A stretch of DNA of 63,168 nucleotides, filler included, from Platydemus manokwari (taxonomy: Eukaryota), in NCBI GenBank assembly GCA_037951405.1. It is 6 parts of 6 records of this genome, joined end to end, with 100 filler letters (N's around TTAATTAATTAA, not from the genome) between each part and the next. Parts side by side here need not be neighbours in the genome. Positions count along the whole stretch, not along the records: positions 43,024 to 51,824 come from JBBMOY011328206.1; positions 51,925 to 63,168 come from JBBMOY010819980.1; 4 more parts are not named here. The stretch is one strand, 5' to 3'. A program made the translations under genes and the position numbers. Shown one piece after another: positions 51,280 through 63,168 of the stretch. A model generated the notes under the pieces. That model was not told the origin of the DNA, did not search any database, and saw nothing but the letters and a program-made list of their open reading frames with translations. The first letter of the stretch is position 1, and every line of letters starts with the position of its first letter.

Positions 51280-51650
51280 GATCGACTAGACCAATTATGG
51301 GCAAAGACAAAAACTTGAAAGAGCTATGTACGAATCTAAGATTTCTCCTTGCATGTTATTCGTGTCAAATCAATTTTTCCAGTTTTTCATTAACTTTTTA
51401 TGAGTTGTATTTTGATATAACAACTTTCCCTGGAACGGTACTGATGATATCAACCGAGTCCCGGTGTTCATATTCAAAATTAACTTCGCCATTACTAGAT
51501 CTATCGAATTATTTGAAAAAATATCAATTATCCACCCAATAAACATTAAATTATTTAAAAAAATCATTAAAGTTTCCAACTTTATTAACCCAATCAAATT
51601 CTTTCCATCGATTTGTGGATCCATTCACGAAAAACTAATTAAATTAATAT
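51280..51650 (-). pseudogene. Unidentified pseudogene fragment
   Basis: One minus frame is protein-like across several stops: FFVNGSTNRWKEFDWVNKVGNFNDFFK*FNVYWVDN*YFFK*FDRSSNGEVNFEYEHRDSVDIISTVPGKVVISKY. It includes an EF-hand-like loop. Confidence 0.3.
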
Positions 51651-51824
51651 ATCGATTTATTTTCGTAACTAGTCAATTTATTTCGGTTAGCTCAATGCCA
51701 TCTTTAATCTCCTCGATGCTCACAATTGATTTAGTTTTTGTATGAATGAAATAGTTATATTTTATTTCAAGTTGCTCTCACGTCATCGACAGATAGATAT
51801 TTCTTTTCATGGATAATAGGAAAC

Positions 51825-51924
51825 NNNNNNNNNNNNNNNNNNNNNNNNNNNNNNNNNNNNNNNNNNNNTTAATTAATTAANNNNNNNNNNNNNNNNNNNN
51901 NNNNNNNNNNNNNNNNNNNNNNNN
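51825..51924. other. Artificial contig linker
   Basis: 44N-TTAATTAATTAA-44N. Confidence 0.97.
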
Positions 51925-52268
51925 AATTGTTGTTTTACCGGCAGCGTCCAATCCCAACATGAGAATTCTTCTTGGTTGAGATGATCCCAATTCATTCAAT
52001 AGATTGTAAAGCTTATTTAAAATTGATCCCATAATTTCTTCGCTAATATTAATTTATTGAAAAATTTGACATAACTGTTTACATAATAGATTTCTCAATA
52101 CGTCCAACGTGGAGTTACTAAAAATGGTAACAATTAATATCAATTCATGATGGCTAATAATTTCTCAATAACTCATTGGTTAGAATTTTTAAAGCCATTT
52201 AGATGTTGTTTATAAAATATTTCATAAGTTAATTTATTAAAAATTATTAAAAATTAAATTTTTTACTT

Positions 52269-52970
52269 TTAGTTTTTATTGAAGGGATGAAATTTGGACA
52301 TGTCATTAATAATTTGCTTGAAAAGGTCCGTCTGAAAGCTGTCCACTAAAGATCGGCGTGTACCACATTTGCGCTTATTCTGAGTCTTGTAAGAGTGCCA
52401 GAAAGATTCGATAGTTTGTGTGTGAGCTCCAGTGGTTGGATCTACAAAGTTTTCAGCATGATAAACCGTTTGATGAGTATAATTCATGATAATCATCGTT
52501 TCAATTCCTTGATGTGATGCCCACATATCGGAAATGATGATTAAGCCGGAAGCGATGCAGGCCTGAATTATGTCTAGCAGATTGGCCACACTTCTATCTG
52601 AACGCTTCTCTAGACTCCCGGCAGAACCCTCCGAAAATTCACTGCTAGGGAAAGACTCACCCTGTTTGGTTTTTACAGTTGAAATTTGCATTTGGCTGCA
52701 TAAACGTTGCTGATGGATCACTCCGTGGGTTAGCAAAAAACGTATTGCAGTCTCCTTGCCATGAACGAGATTCGAAAGCGTCAGAAAGTCCATTTTTGAT
52801 TTCACGTCCGGAAAAGCAGTTGTTTTTATGGCGTGAACAAGTGTCTAAATATCAGAAATAGGTCAAGGTTGCGTGTGTTCATTAAATTGGAGCTGGAAAA
52901 AGGTGACGGGGCTTAACTTTTCGGGCGTGCACTTTTTGCATTAGTGGCTAGGCTTATCTGGAAAAGATCC
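52269..52970 (-). mobile_element. Merlin (IS1595-like) transposase, internally deleted, with upstream terminal region
   Basis: ORF 52269-52805 has the N-terminus ETAIRFLLTHGVIHQQRLC, then DRSVANLLDIIQACIASGLIIISDMWASHQGI...YTHQTVYHAENFVDPTTGAHTQTIESFWHSYK. The first catalytic Asp/WVFG segment and the EF.WR motif are missing. Confidence 0.88.
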
Positions 52971-54375
52971 TTATGATCATTATTATTATTATCGTAGTTC
53001 TTATAATAATAATAATTATTATTAGTATTAAAAGTTTCCTACAAATGGATTGAATGAAAGTCAATTTATTTCTAGTATACGGCCATCAAATTCATACAAA
53101 TATGTAATTTTTCTATTAAAGCTACTTTAATTGCACTATATTTTTGGAAGAACCATTGTACACATTCTGTGATAAAAGATGATGGTCCAGGGTACCTTAT
53201 ACTCACAAATGTGTGATATTTATAGTTATGTTTACCAATAAGTTTGTCATTATTTAATTTTAATGTCTTAGATTGCATCAAGAACAATTAGGTTCTAGTG
53301 ATTAAAATAACGTGTTCCTTAAAGCTAAGAACGATTTCATAGTAGATAGGGTGAAATGCAAAACAGTTAGTCCTATGTCAATAATTCTATTAGAATTTTC
53401 AAGTAAAACGGATGAAAGATTGAATGATTCTGCTTCATTAATGAAATTCATCAGATTATTGTTTCTATAGAAAACGTTCTCAAAATAAAGATATAATCAA
53501 TATTTTTATTCAAATTAAGATGGTTTCTGAACTGAATAAATTATCATCTTATCTAAATAAGTTAATAAATTGAGGATGTACCATATTTATTCTGATTATG
53601 CCATTCCTACAGAAGATGTAGGTGATTACATCCGTTATAAAAAGACAAATTGTAATAGCAATTTCTAATGTCAGGTAGTAACAATTGAAACTTTCTAATC
53701 CATTTTTGTATAAAAATTATCAGCCTATTTATCAGTTTTATCTACATTTCCGATGTCGGCTATTTTTGACCGTGGTATTTCTTATAACGAAATTATTGGA
53801 AAAATTCCAAGAAAGTTGATAATTAAATGAATTTATTTCGATAAATAGAACCCACGTTTCAACAATTTAACATTGAATTATTTTTTTATAATTATGTATC
53901 ACATTTAAATTTGTAAATAAAGAAATCGAAAACCAGCGATTACAATTCAAGTTTAAATATAAATTCAATGAAAAATCAAGCCTAAATTAAATTAAAATTA
54001 TGATCAACAACTAAATTACTTAATAAATTTATGTATTATCAATAAACGCTTTATTATATAAAAATTTCAAAAAAAATTGATTGCCTGAGTTTCTTCTAGT
54101 TACATCAAACTGAATAAAAAGGTTCTATTTTATATCAACTATTTTCTGGATTCCGGAGCTAAATTTTTTCTTTCTTTAATTGTAAATTTAATTTTATTTT
54201 ATAGAATTTCATTTTATATAAATTATTTAACTATATATTACAATTTTACCACGTTAAAGTTTTTTTTTAAATAATGATGTAATCAATGCCTGTAATGAAT
54301 AAAATATTAACGAAGCTGTTTGGTGTTATTTTTATTCAACTCAACTCAATCAAATTTCTTTCATTTCAACATTAA

Positions 54376-55602
54376 CTAGATATTTTTATTTAAACTTCTA
54401 GAAACACCGAATAGTTTTTGAGCTTTGCGAAGAAATATTGCTGAAATATTATCGTGGTTGTAATACTTCATGATAATTGCCTAGAAAACATGATAATAAT
54501 CGATTGAAATCATTTATCATACATTTTCATTTCCATCCATTGACTCTTGAGTGATATTTTTCAAAATTTGACAAAGCCGTTCACACAAACCTTCAATGTC
54601 TTCAAATTGAATACCGGTTAAGAATACGTAATACTCATTCCATATCAATGAATTAAGTCTTAACTCATTCATTATATGCTGACCAACACAGAAAACCATG
54701 GCAGCCAGAAAGCTAGGTGGGTATCCAGCTAATGATATATTCGTTAGGGCTAAATCAATAAACATATTTCCCATTTCATAAAGCAATTTGTAATTGTCAA
54801 TCTAATGTTTAATAAAGATATTCCCCAAATAATGCTCTAAACTTACTTCCCCAATCAATACATAAATTTTCAAAAATATTCCAGGTGTGTAGATATTAGC
54901 TCCGAATTCCAACGTTTTTAAAACTTCGATTTCGAATTCAATAATTTCATCCTTTGTCACATTTGATCGGACTGCTTCCAACATAGCACTAATTTGAGGT
55001 ATCAATATTTCTTCCATTTTAAAAGCGATTAATGAGGAAGTAATTGCAAGTTTAAAAATCGATATTTGATCAATTAATCCCTTTTTCACAAGGCAATGAT
55101 CGAAAATAGCTACTGACAATTCAAATGTGCCATGTTTGGAATTAAATCCTGAAAGGAACTTGGATAGCCAGTGAATTATTGATTGTCTTGCATCGTGCGG
55201 TATAGGGTAAACCGATTGCAAATGTGGGCCTAAACAAACATTAGAAAATTCTGTTTCTTGTAACGAATCGATCATTTGACAAACGTATTTGATTTCATTA
55301 TTTACATGTTTATAATGTGATGGAATCAAATCAATGATTGATTTAAAAGTCAAATCACTTGCATTTCTAATCATTCTTTTCCGATTGATAAAAACTTCTT
55401 TCAATAATTTGATGTTTTCAGGATTTGCTTTATCATAAAAATAGTCGTCCAATTTTGATTCCACTTTATCCGATAATTTCAATTTATTCAAATTTTCAAG
55501 TAATTTTTGTCTTGGTTGGTCTTGAGACAATTTTCTTATTAAAGAAAGTCGACTTGTTAAGTAATTTCGCTTAATACTAGATCGTCTTCTTGTTAAATTC
55601 AT
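54376..55602 (-). CDS. Divergent mitotic (A/B-type) cyclin, 379 aa
   Basis: Exons are 55602-54847, 54801-54523 and 54480-54376, with 45- and 42-nt GT-AG introns in phase 0. Cyclin box: ARQSIIHWL...TFELSVAIFD...LAITSSLIAFKMEE...P...EIEVLKTLEF...TP..FL. C-terminal fold: YPPSFLAA...W......TG and AI.MKY. D-box RQKLLENLN (RxxLxxxxN). Confidence 0.88.
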
Positions 55603-57989
55603 AATAACAAATCAATGATCAAAATTTCTCTATGAATCCAAAAGAATTAATTTAAACATGTGATTATTAATCGAGCTCACTTATTTTTATAGCTATTTTT
55701 AAAATGTGTGCCATCAAATTTTATTGGTCCATAAATTAAGTGTGAATACGAGCATGTGAAGCTTCTGACTTACTTCAAATGTTAATTTAGATTGTTAAAA
55801 AGAACGATAATTTCCATAAATAACTTAAAACAACAAAATTCATTCGAAGGATTAAAATTCACTGGAAAAGTGAAATCTAATGTTCTTTGTTATTGCTTGG
55901 TATTTAATTATTGATCTCGTCTTTAAATTCGAAATATCTCAATTAAAAATATCTACAGGTTAAAAATTTGTCATTTATTATTATTTATTTTAATAACTTT
56001 TTTAAAGTTTATCTGTTGGAGCATTGTAGGTTTGAGTAAGGATTGGACTTAATAGAGTTGGAAAAATGATCACAGAAAGGGCTTTTGGATACATTTAATA
56101 TAATGATTATTTACTGACTTGTTCATCGAATTTAGTCTGAATTTCATTCAGATTGCATGGTAATTGTTTGTTTCTTACTTTGTTGACCATGTCATAATAA
56201 GAGCAATGTCATGGCTTATTTAAAAAATTTTATAATTAAGTTATTAATCACACTCGAAATGTTATTTATTTTTATTTGGAGTAATGCACAATGGATTAAT
56301 TTACAAAATTTCCCTTGATCTTCAAAATTTAGATGACCTTTTAAATAGATTTTGAACTAAATGCTAAGAAAAGTTACTATAACGATTCTTCGAATAGAAA
56401 GCCACAAAGAACTTAAGATTTTTGAAGAAAATCTTATGAGCAAAGGGCGATACGTGGACTATGAGACAAAACGAACCAAAAATGCGTAACAAAGGCATTG
56501 GAACAGCTTTCAACAAGCTAGATACAGGAGCATGATAAACAGATATGCCAGTAACCGATTAGTGGCCTTGAAATAAACACTTTCCGATAAGACTAGGATT
56601 TTCAATTAATGCATATCTACAGAAAACTACGAACTCCGAAATGCATCAATAATTTAATAGATAGAAGAAAATTTGCCAATTAAATATATGGTCATGTGAT
56701 CCTCTTTAGTTAGATTTATTTATTTATCTTCTTGAAATATTTATCTTATTTTTAGAATCATTTTCTTATCCCGAAAGAACTCATTACTGATTATCAGAAA
56801 GCGCAATTTGTGTTGATCAATTATTTTCTTTCTTAATTTTAAAACGTGACAGTATCATGAAAAGATAGATTTTCTCATGGATACTTAAAAGTACTTTGGT
56901 GGTTATTAGGTTTCTATTTTTAATGCATTAAATAATGCTTCGACAACATGGGGAATTAAAAAACACATAAACAATCACGTTTTATGATTGTGGTCGAGAG
57001 TTAATGCTTGACGAAAGTTGTTTTTCTTTCTCTACAAAGGAAGGCTCACCCTTCTGCTTAATTATCTAATACTAACTCAAACAAAAATATTCATTATTTC
57101 TTAAACAAATTACTAAAAGTTTTACTCACACTAGCTCTACCCTTTACAAAAAGAAATGATATCGGCTAGAAAACATTTCACTTTTTAAATCTTTCGGTAA
57201 TCGAATAAAATATTTTAAAACATGTATGTTTCGAAGTATTATAATATTATTATATAACAGTTTAGAATTATTGTCCAAATTTTGATATATCCTCACCAAA
57301 ATGATTCTCATATTTATAATATTCTGAGATTCTTATTTTAAGATTTGTAAGTCAATTCTTATCAGGGTTAATAAAACTTTATTTCCAAATTATTCAGAGT
57401 CGTTTTCCCTTAAATAAAACATCGACAAGTATTAGCAATTTCTATTTTTATATTATCAATTATTTATGGAGCAGATAATTTAATTTATTAACATTTTTTT
57501 CATTCAATTTAGTTTCGCGAATTAACTTTCGAAATATTTAATATATAATTATATAGTTTATTATATAAAAATATTTTTCGTTTATCTTCCTATGTTAAAT
57601 ATGAATTGGCTGTATTATTATGAAATTTATTATATCAACATTTTAAAATTAATTTGCATCTATAATCATTCTTATGGTCGGGATTTGGACAATTAAAAAT
57701 TTAACAAAAACTTTAACGATCCTTTTATCCACGTGACGTTATGTATCGATGTTTAAAGGTAATATCTTTTTTCATCCAGAATTTTATTTAAAAAACTCGA
57801 TAGCTTGTAATCTTAAATATATTATTTTTGACGACAATTATTTGATATTTGCCAATAATAATAACAATAATAATAATAGTAATAATAATAATAATCTGTT
57901 TATAGAAAATATAATAAAATAAATAATCATATTTTAAAGCGCAATAAATTCCATATTCATGAATAAAAGCAAAATAAAAAACTTAAATA

Positions 57990-58790
57990 AGAGGAGAATA
58001 AATCAAAAAATTAGAAATACTTAATAATTTCAATTGGACGATCCCAAATAATGTAAGAAGAATCAGTATTATTAGAGCAACACCACATTGAAATCGCTAA
58101 AATGGAAGCCAATTTCTACAACTGTAGTTATTCCGACACAACGTCCAAATTATTCAAATTAAGGCTCTGTGTGTCCATCGTGCCACAGGCCAATAAGATT
58201 AATTCATATAAAATCACCTATATTTTATATCAACCATTATATTCCTATATAAAGCTATGCTGTTCCTTATAAAAGATTTTACTCCAATATTACGAAGAGG
58301 CTCATAAATCATAATTTTCCAAGAATTGTTTTTGGTTTTCGTTTAAGTGTATATTAGTATTCTAAAATTATATCAGTCATAATTTGTTATAATAACAAAC
58401 ATTTCTAATAAAGCAAGTATTTTTTTTAATTTTAACAATTGTAGGCTAAAAGATCATAGTTCATTTTATAAAAGAATCATCTCAATTTCATCTCCTCACC
58501 TTTTAGTAGTGAAAATCGTTGTTGATGTTAAGATTAAAATTAGAAAACATTATTACGTCGTGCTCATTGTCTTCAAACAAAACAGTGCATAATCGAGATG
58601 AAAGAATAACAAATAAAATAAAATTAAGGATCATTACTCCCTTGGGATCAAGTTTAATCTTAAAAAATAGTTTGATTGAAAAAATAATAAAGAATAATTG
58701 GATTCCAAAAGTAACACTTATCGCACTGTCCTGATATATCAAAATAGTTTCAATATAAAAGTCGACAGCACACGAGTAAAAGTCAGTCAT
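57990..58790 (-). pseudogene. Multi-pass membrane protein, probably a pseudogene
   Basis: ORF 58503-58790 has two hydrophobic helices. Further hydrophobic fragments lie downstream (LASILAISMWCC...IIWDRPIEIIKYF), broken by stops. No family motif recognised. Confidence 0.3.
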
Positions 58791-59154
58791 AGATTAATTG
58801 AAGTTTATTTTAAAAATTACAGTCATGTTGTTACTGTCAATGTGCTTATTTAGCATTGTTTTGAGATTATGAAAATAATTGACATCCGGTATTTTTAATA
58901 GAAACTAATATCCATGTTATTATTATATCAAAATAGGCTCTTTATAATGAATAATTTTCATAAAACGTATTGGTTGAAATTATACGATATTTTTAATAAG
59001 CTTTTATCAATTTCACACAGGATTCCGTCTTTATTAATTTTAAAGTAAATAACTATTTCTGATATTTATTTCAAATCGCCCATAAATGCAAATTGACTAA
59101 GTTGTCATCGTGGAAAATGATCAAGATAGAATTAATTATTAATAGTATTTTGTA

Positions 59155-59768
59155 TTAGTACGAGGAGTTTTTCTTTTCCAATTTTAAATATTCTGACGAT
59201 AATCGACCGATTTGTTTCATTGCTTCATATAGCCCTTCACCAGAGACAGCACAACAGCCATGTAAGCACCATTTATGAGAACTCTCTAATTTCTTGAGCA
59301 TCAACATATCAGTTAGCTGAGTAGGCGTCATGGCATTTGGAAGATCTTGTTTATTGGCAATCACAATCACAGGAACCAATAAATTTGTTATTATAATGAA
59401 GATTCAAACAAAAATCTTACTGATTTCATTTCCTCTGAATTCATAATGGTAAATAGTTCTTCTCGAGCCTCAGTAATTCTTCCATGGTCACTGCTATCGA
59501 CTACAAAAATGAGAGCGGAACAATTTGTGAAATAATATTTCCATAATGGGCGAATTTTTTCTTGTCCACCAACATCCCATATTGTGAACGTTAAACTCTT
59601 TCCAATTTTCACTTCTTCCACATTAAAACCAATTGTTGGAATGGTGCGGAAATTTTCGTTATGTTTTAATTTATAAAGAATTGTAGATTTCCCTGCACAG
59701 TCCAAACCCAACATTAATATTCTTCTAGATTTGGATGATCCAATCAATTTACCAACAACTGATCCCAT
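59155..59768 (-). CDS. ADP-ribosylation factor family small GTPase (Arf/Arl-like), 189 aa
   Basis: MG myristoylation start, [41 protein letters not shown] and CAVSGEGL. Exons are 59768-59421 and 59376-59155. The 44-nt intron has a GTAAGA donor but ends ...TTTATTG. Confidence 0.9.
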
Positions 59769-61099
59769 CGAAATATAAAATTGATTTGTTCAACAATATG
59801 CATAATTACATTGTAATTATTTTATATAGCAATTAATTACTGAATCAAATTTTCTATCACTGAGACAATGCTAATGAAGGGTTAAATATAATATCGCTAA
59901 TATCGCTGATTTTGCATGCTAATTTTTATTATTGATTTATAAATGTGGTCTGGATAATTAGACAACCAATATCTTGAAATAAATTTCATACACTAAAAAT
60001 ATTTATTAAATCAACAAAACAAACAAAATATAAATATTAAACACATAATCATTGTTTAATCCAAAGTAATCTAATGAGCTTGTCATTTGGATTTATAAAT
60101 AAACGATTTAAATGATAATTTTTTAAGTAGCTAAATGCTTCAGTGAATTCAGTCTTTTAATTTATATTGAATTACAGAAAACAATGTAGCGCATCAATTT
60201 TTGATAAATTTAGATCAAGATTTTTGTTTGTAGTTTGTGTGGGTTTTGTTTGTAATTAAAATAATATTATAAATTATAAACCACATTTTTAAAATATAAT
60301 TTTGTGAATAGCATTTACTTAAATTTGGAGCATTAAAAACATGATATAATTATAATGAAAATAAATGCAATATACTGGTATTATATAATGTGTTACAAGA
60401 AAGTATTTAAAGCTAGCTTGTAAGCTCTTAATATATGTGTCGTTACATTTACATGTTATTTCAATCAGAATCCCATTATAAATTAGTGAATATAAAAATA
60501 TAAAATTGTATTTTTGAATTTATTAATATTAAAATTTGTAAATATTAATGAATCTATAATTTAAAATATGATCTGGAGACAAGTCTTCAAATAAGAATTT
60601 CAACTTTCAGAGTATCAGTAAAATTAATATGTTTATAAGGAAATAAATCTTATTTTATATTTTTATTTAAGGCTTGAAAATCAACATCACATTGTTACAA
60701 CTCATGGTCTTTTTGTCAAGTATTAAAAATTTCCATAGAGATAACTACAGTCCGAACTCTTATTTCAACGTTTTATATGCATACATCTCTGGAGTAGAGA
60801 GGTAGACCTGTGTTTTAACACATTTCATGAATTGTCTTTTGGTTTTTAAAATGTTAGTGTTTTTCTTTACCAATTCTAAGGTTTTTTGTAATAAATCTTA
60901 ATAAATAAAAAATAAAACGCATACATTTTTCAATAAAAAAGTAATCTAATGGAAAAATTAATTAATGAATTGAAAATCAATAAATAAGATTAATAAATGT
61001 GACTAAACCTATTAATTGCATTAAATGGGATAAAAATAAAATAAATTTTATAAGTAAAAATAATTAAATTGAAAAATAAAATCTAATAAATAAAAATAA

Positions 61100-61325
61100 T
61101 GTAGTGTTATCAATCAAAAATTTAGATCTGAAAATTGTATTAACCAAAATATTACAATCAATCTCAATAACAACAGTAAATCTTTTCAAAATTCACGAGG
61201 TAAATCACTCAAGACGGATCAGCGTCCGAATGTCAAAAACAAAATGGAAAATAATCAAAAAGACTGATAACTAAAAATCACACAAAGATAAGAGCAACAC
61301 TCAAGTTACCGACAAAAAAAGTGGC
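61100..61325 (-). repeat. Dispersed repeat family C, copy 2 (inverted relative to 17620-17840)
   Basis: The reverse complement aligns with 17620-17840. It may belong to a longer TG...CA unit (61100-61794), but no TSD is seen. Confidence 0.78.
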
Positions 61326-63168
61326 AGATATTCATGGAACTCAGTCTCTTTTACAGACCTGTCGGGTGTGTCTGGTTGACGTCAAGAATCTTCGTTTTCC
61401 GTTTGCTGAATTTGTTCTTGGACAGATCTACTTGTAATTTTGGATATATTGGCAGATATTTGAGCCTGTTGCTATTTGTAGGTATGTGCCACGTCGACTC
61501 TTAGCTTCTAAATATGAATTTATATTAGAACGAATCTGATTGGTTAACGTCAAGTGTATTTATAGGGTCTGTGTATTGAATCTTTTTGGGGTTCTTTCCT
61601 TAGTTCTTGTGACCATTTTGATTGATTTGTGATCTACCCAAAAATAATAAAGCTTTGTTAAATTTAAAATAAGATATAAATTTCATAAACAAATAAAATA
61701 AATAAAAAATAAATAAACTAATTAAATATAAAATTTATGTGAAATTACATAAATAAATTAACGAAATTAATAACTAAAAATATTAACTCTAACATATGAA
61801 AATGTTGTAAATTGGGGTTACTTGGTTAATTTTATTATCAGTCTCTATATTATACTGATTTATTGTTTTGTAATGGGGTGTTGGGTGGTTGTTGATTTAT
61901 GTTTGGATGAGGTTTAATTATTTGGCGCGATTTAACCTAAAGTCGCCGGTCCTAAGGGGCTTCAACACCTGATATTGGAGACCAAGATGTCAGAAAGTAA
62001 GTTTTTTAATATGTTAACTTTCAGATTGAAGCACAGAGAAGCCTGAAAATGATATGAAATCTCAAATCTGTCGTAGTAGTTTTATAATCATTCAAACTGT
62101 CAATAATAACCAAAACAAAATTGAAGTTTTCAAAATATTTATTTAAGAGAATGAAAATAACAATTACTTAGTATAAAAGACAACAACAAAATTCAAGCTA
62201 ATACCTCGTACCTCGCCTCAGCGATTAACGAGTAATCCGGTATACGGATGAAGATTAATAATACTGAGACGGAGAGAAAATATTGCTTTAATAAACTTAT
62301 ATAGCTTAGAATTATAATTATGATCTTGAGATTAGAGTTAAATTAATTAACAAATAAATGAATGCAAAACAACTACGTTAACACGAATTGAAACCTTACT
62401 GTGATTGCGGTGGCGCTGTATGAGCTTACAATATGGCACAAATCCTAACAGGATTGATGATTATTTCTTGACGCAAATCTAGCTATGCTATAAATTTCCT
62501 CTACAGATTTCAATGTCGTTTTCTCTAGAATTCCTCGGCTGTGATGGTAGATCGCTTGGCTGAATATCACCGATTTTGACAATTCCAAAATATGTCAGTA
62601 TAATAATCAATATTTCTTCGCTATTGGCCTTGGTTTCAATTGGTATTCAGTGTTATGCTGCTTTGTGTTGCAATGACTATTGTGCGTAGTGCTACAATCA
62701 GCGCCGTTATTTATATTCGCTGATCGAATCCACGCACTTATACGGCTCTTCATGCTGATCACTTTTCGCTGATTTTTTCACACGTTTCGTGTGAATAATT
62801 AATGATTGTATCTAATTTTTAGATTGTATCTGTTTTTATTGCTCATTATAATTATCTTTATTATATTTCTTATTATTTTTCTTCCTATCTTTTTACTATT
62901 TATTATTGTTATTTGTTATCATTAACTCAATATTAATTATTATTTATTTGCCATTATTTTTTATCATTTGTTTAATTTCACTATTTATCACTTATTTATT
63001 TTTATTTCTCTCGTATCTTTATTATCTACCGGATTTTGACATAAAACAAAAATGATAAAAGATTCATAATAATAATAATAAAAGATTCATAACTATTAGG
63101 TTGTCCCATATGAAATGTCCGATTTTCATGCACATATTTGAAGAAGCATAACTCATAAGAAAATATTT

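Noticed and set aside
43180-51650. Stop-codon reassignment to explain in-frame TAA/TGA in protein-like frames
   Set aside because: ZW10, the cyclin, Arf and the AT-hook gene have no internal stops and end in standard stop codons. The interrupted frames are better explained as pseudogenes.
56985-57030. tRNA A-box-like gtggtcgagagttaatgc
   Set aside because: No B-box or cloverleaf follows.

Overview
Very AT-rich eukaryotic (animal-like) genomic DNA with compact genes and mostly tiny GT-AG introns (31-59 nt). It is not one continuous locus: six contigs of about 9-11.5 kb are joined by identical artificial 100-nt linkers (44 N + TTAATTAATTAA + 44 N). I reconstructed by hand a 6-exon multi-AT-hook protein (3085-4796, +), an 8-exon ZW10 (25990-21465, -), a 3-exon divergent A/B-type cyclin with a D-box (55602-54376, -), a 2-exon Arf-family GTPase whose only intron ends in TG rather than AG (59768-59155, -), and the TM3-TM7 exon of a melatonin-receptor-like class A GPCR (39665-40401, +). 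Much of the rest is decayed mobile DNA: Ty3/Gypsy pol relics (one with AGTT...AACT LTRs, PBS and PPT), a non-LTR RT fragment, two Merlin/IS1595-like transposase relics, a Tigger element with a nested hAT MITE, other MITEs, and several dispersed repeat families. There are also several apparent pseudogenes. I found no CRISPR array, rRNA or convincing tRNA, and no clearly novel multi-gene system. The best leads are the GT-TG intron, the D1-like AT-hook protein, an unnamed decayed gene family, a putative Cys-loop channel pseudogene and hairpin-containing repeats. All homology calls come from motif recognition, not database searches.
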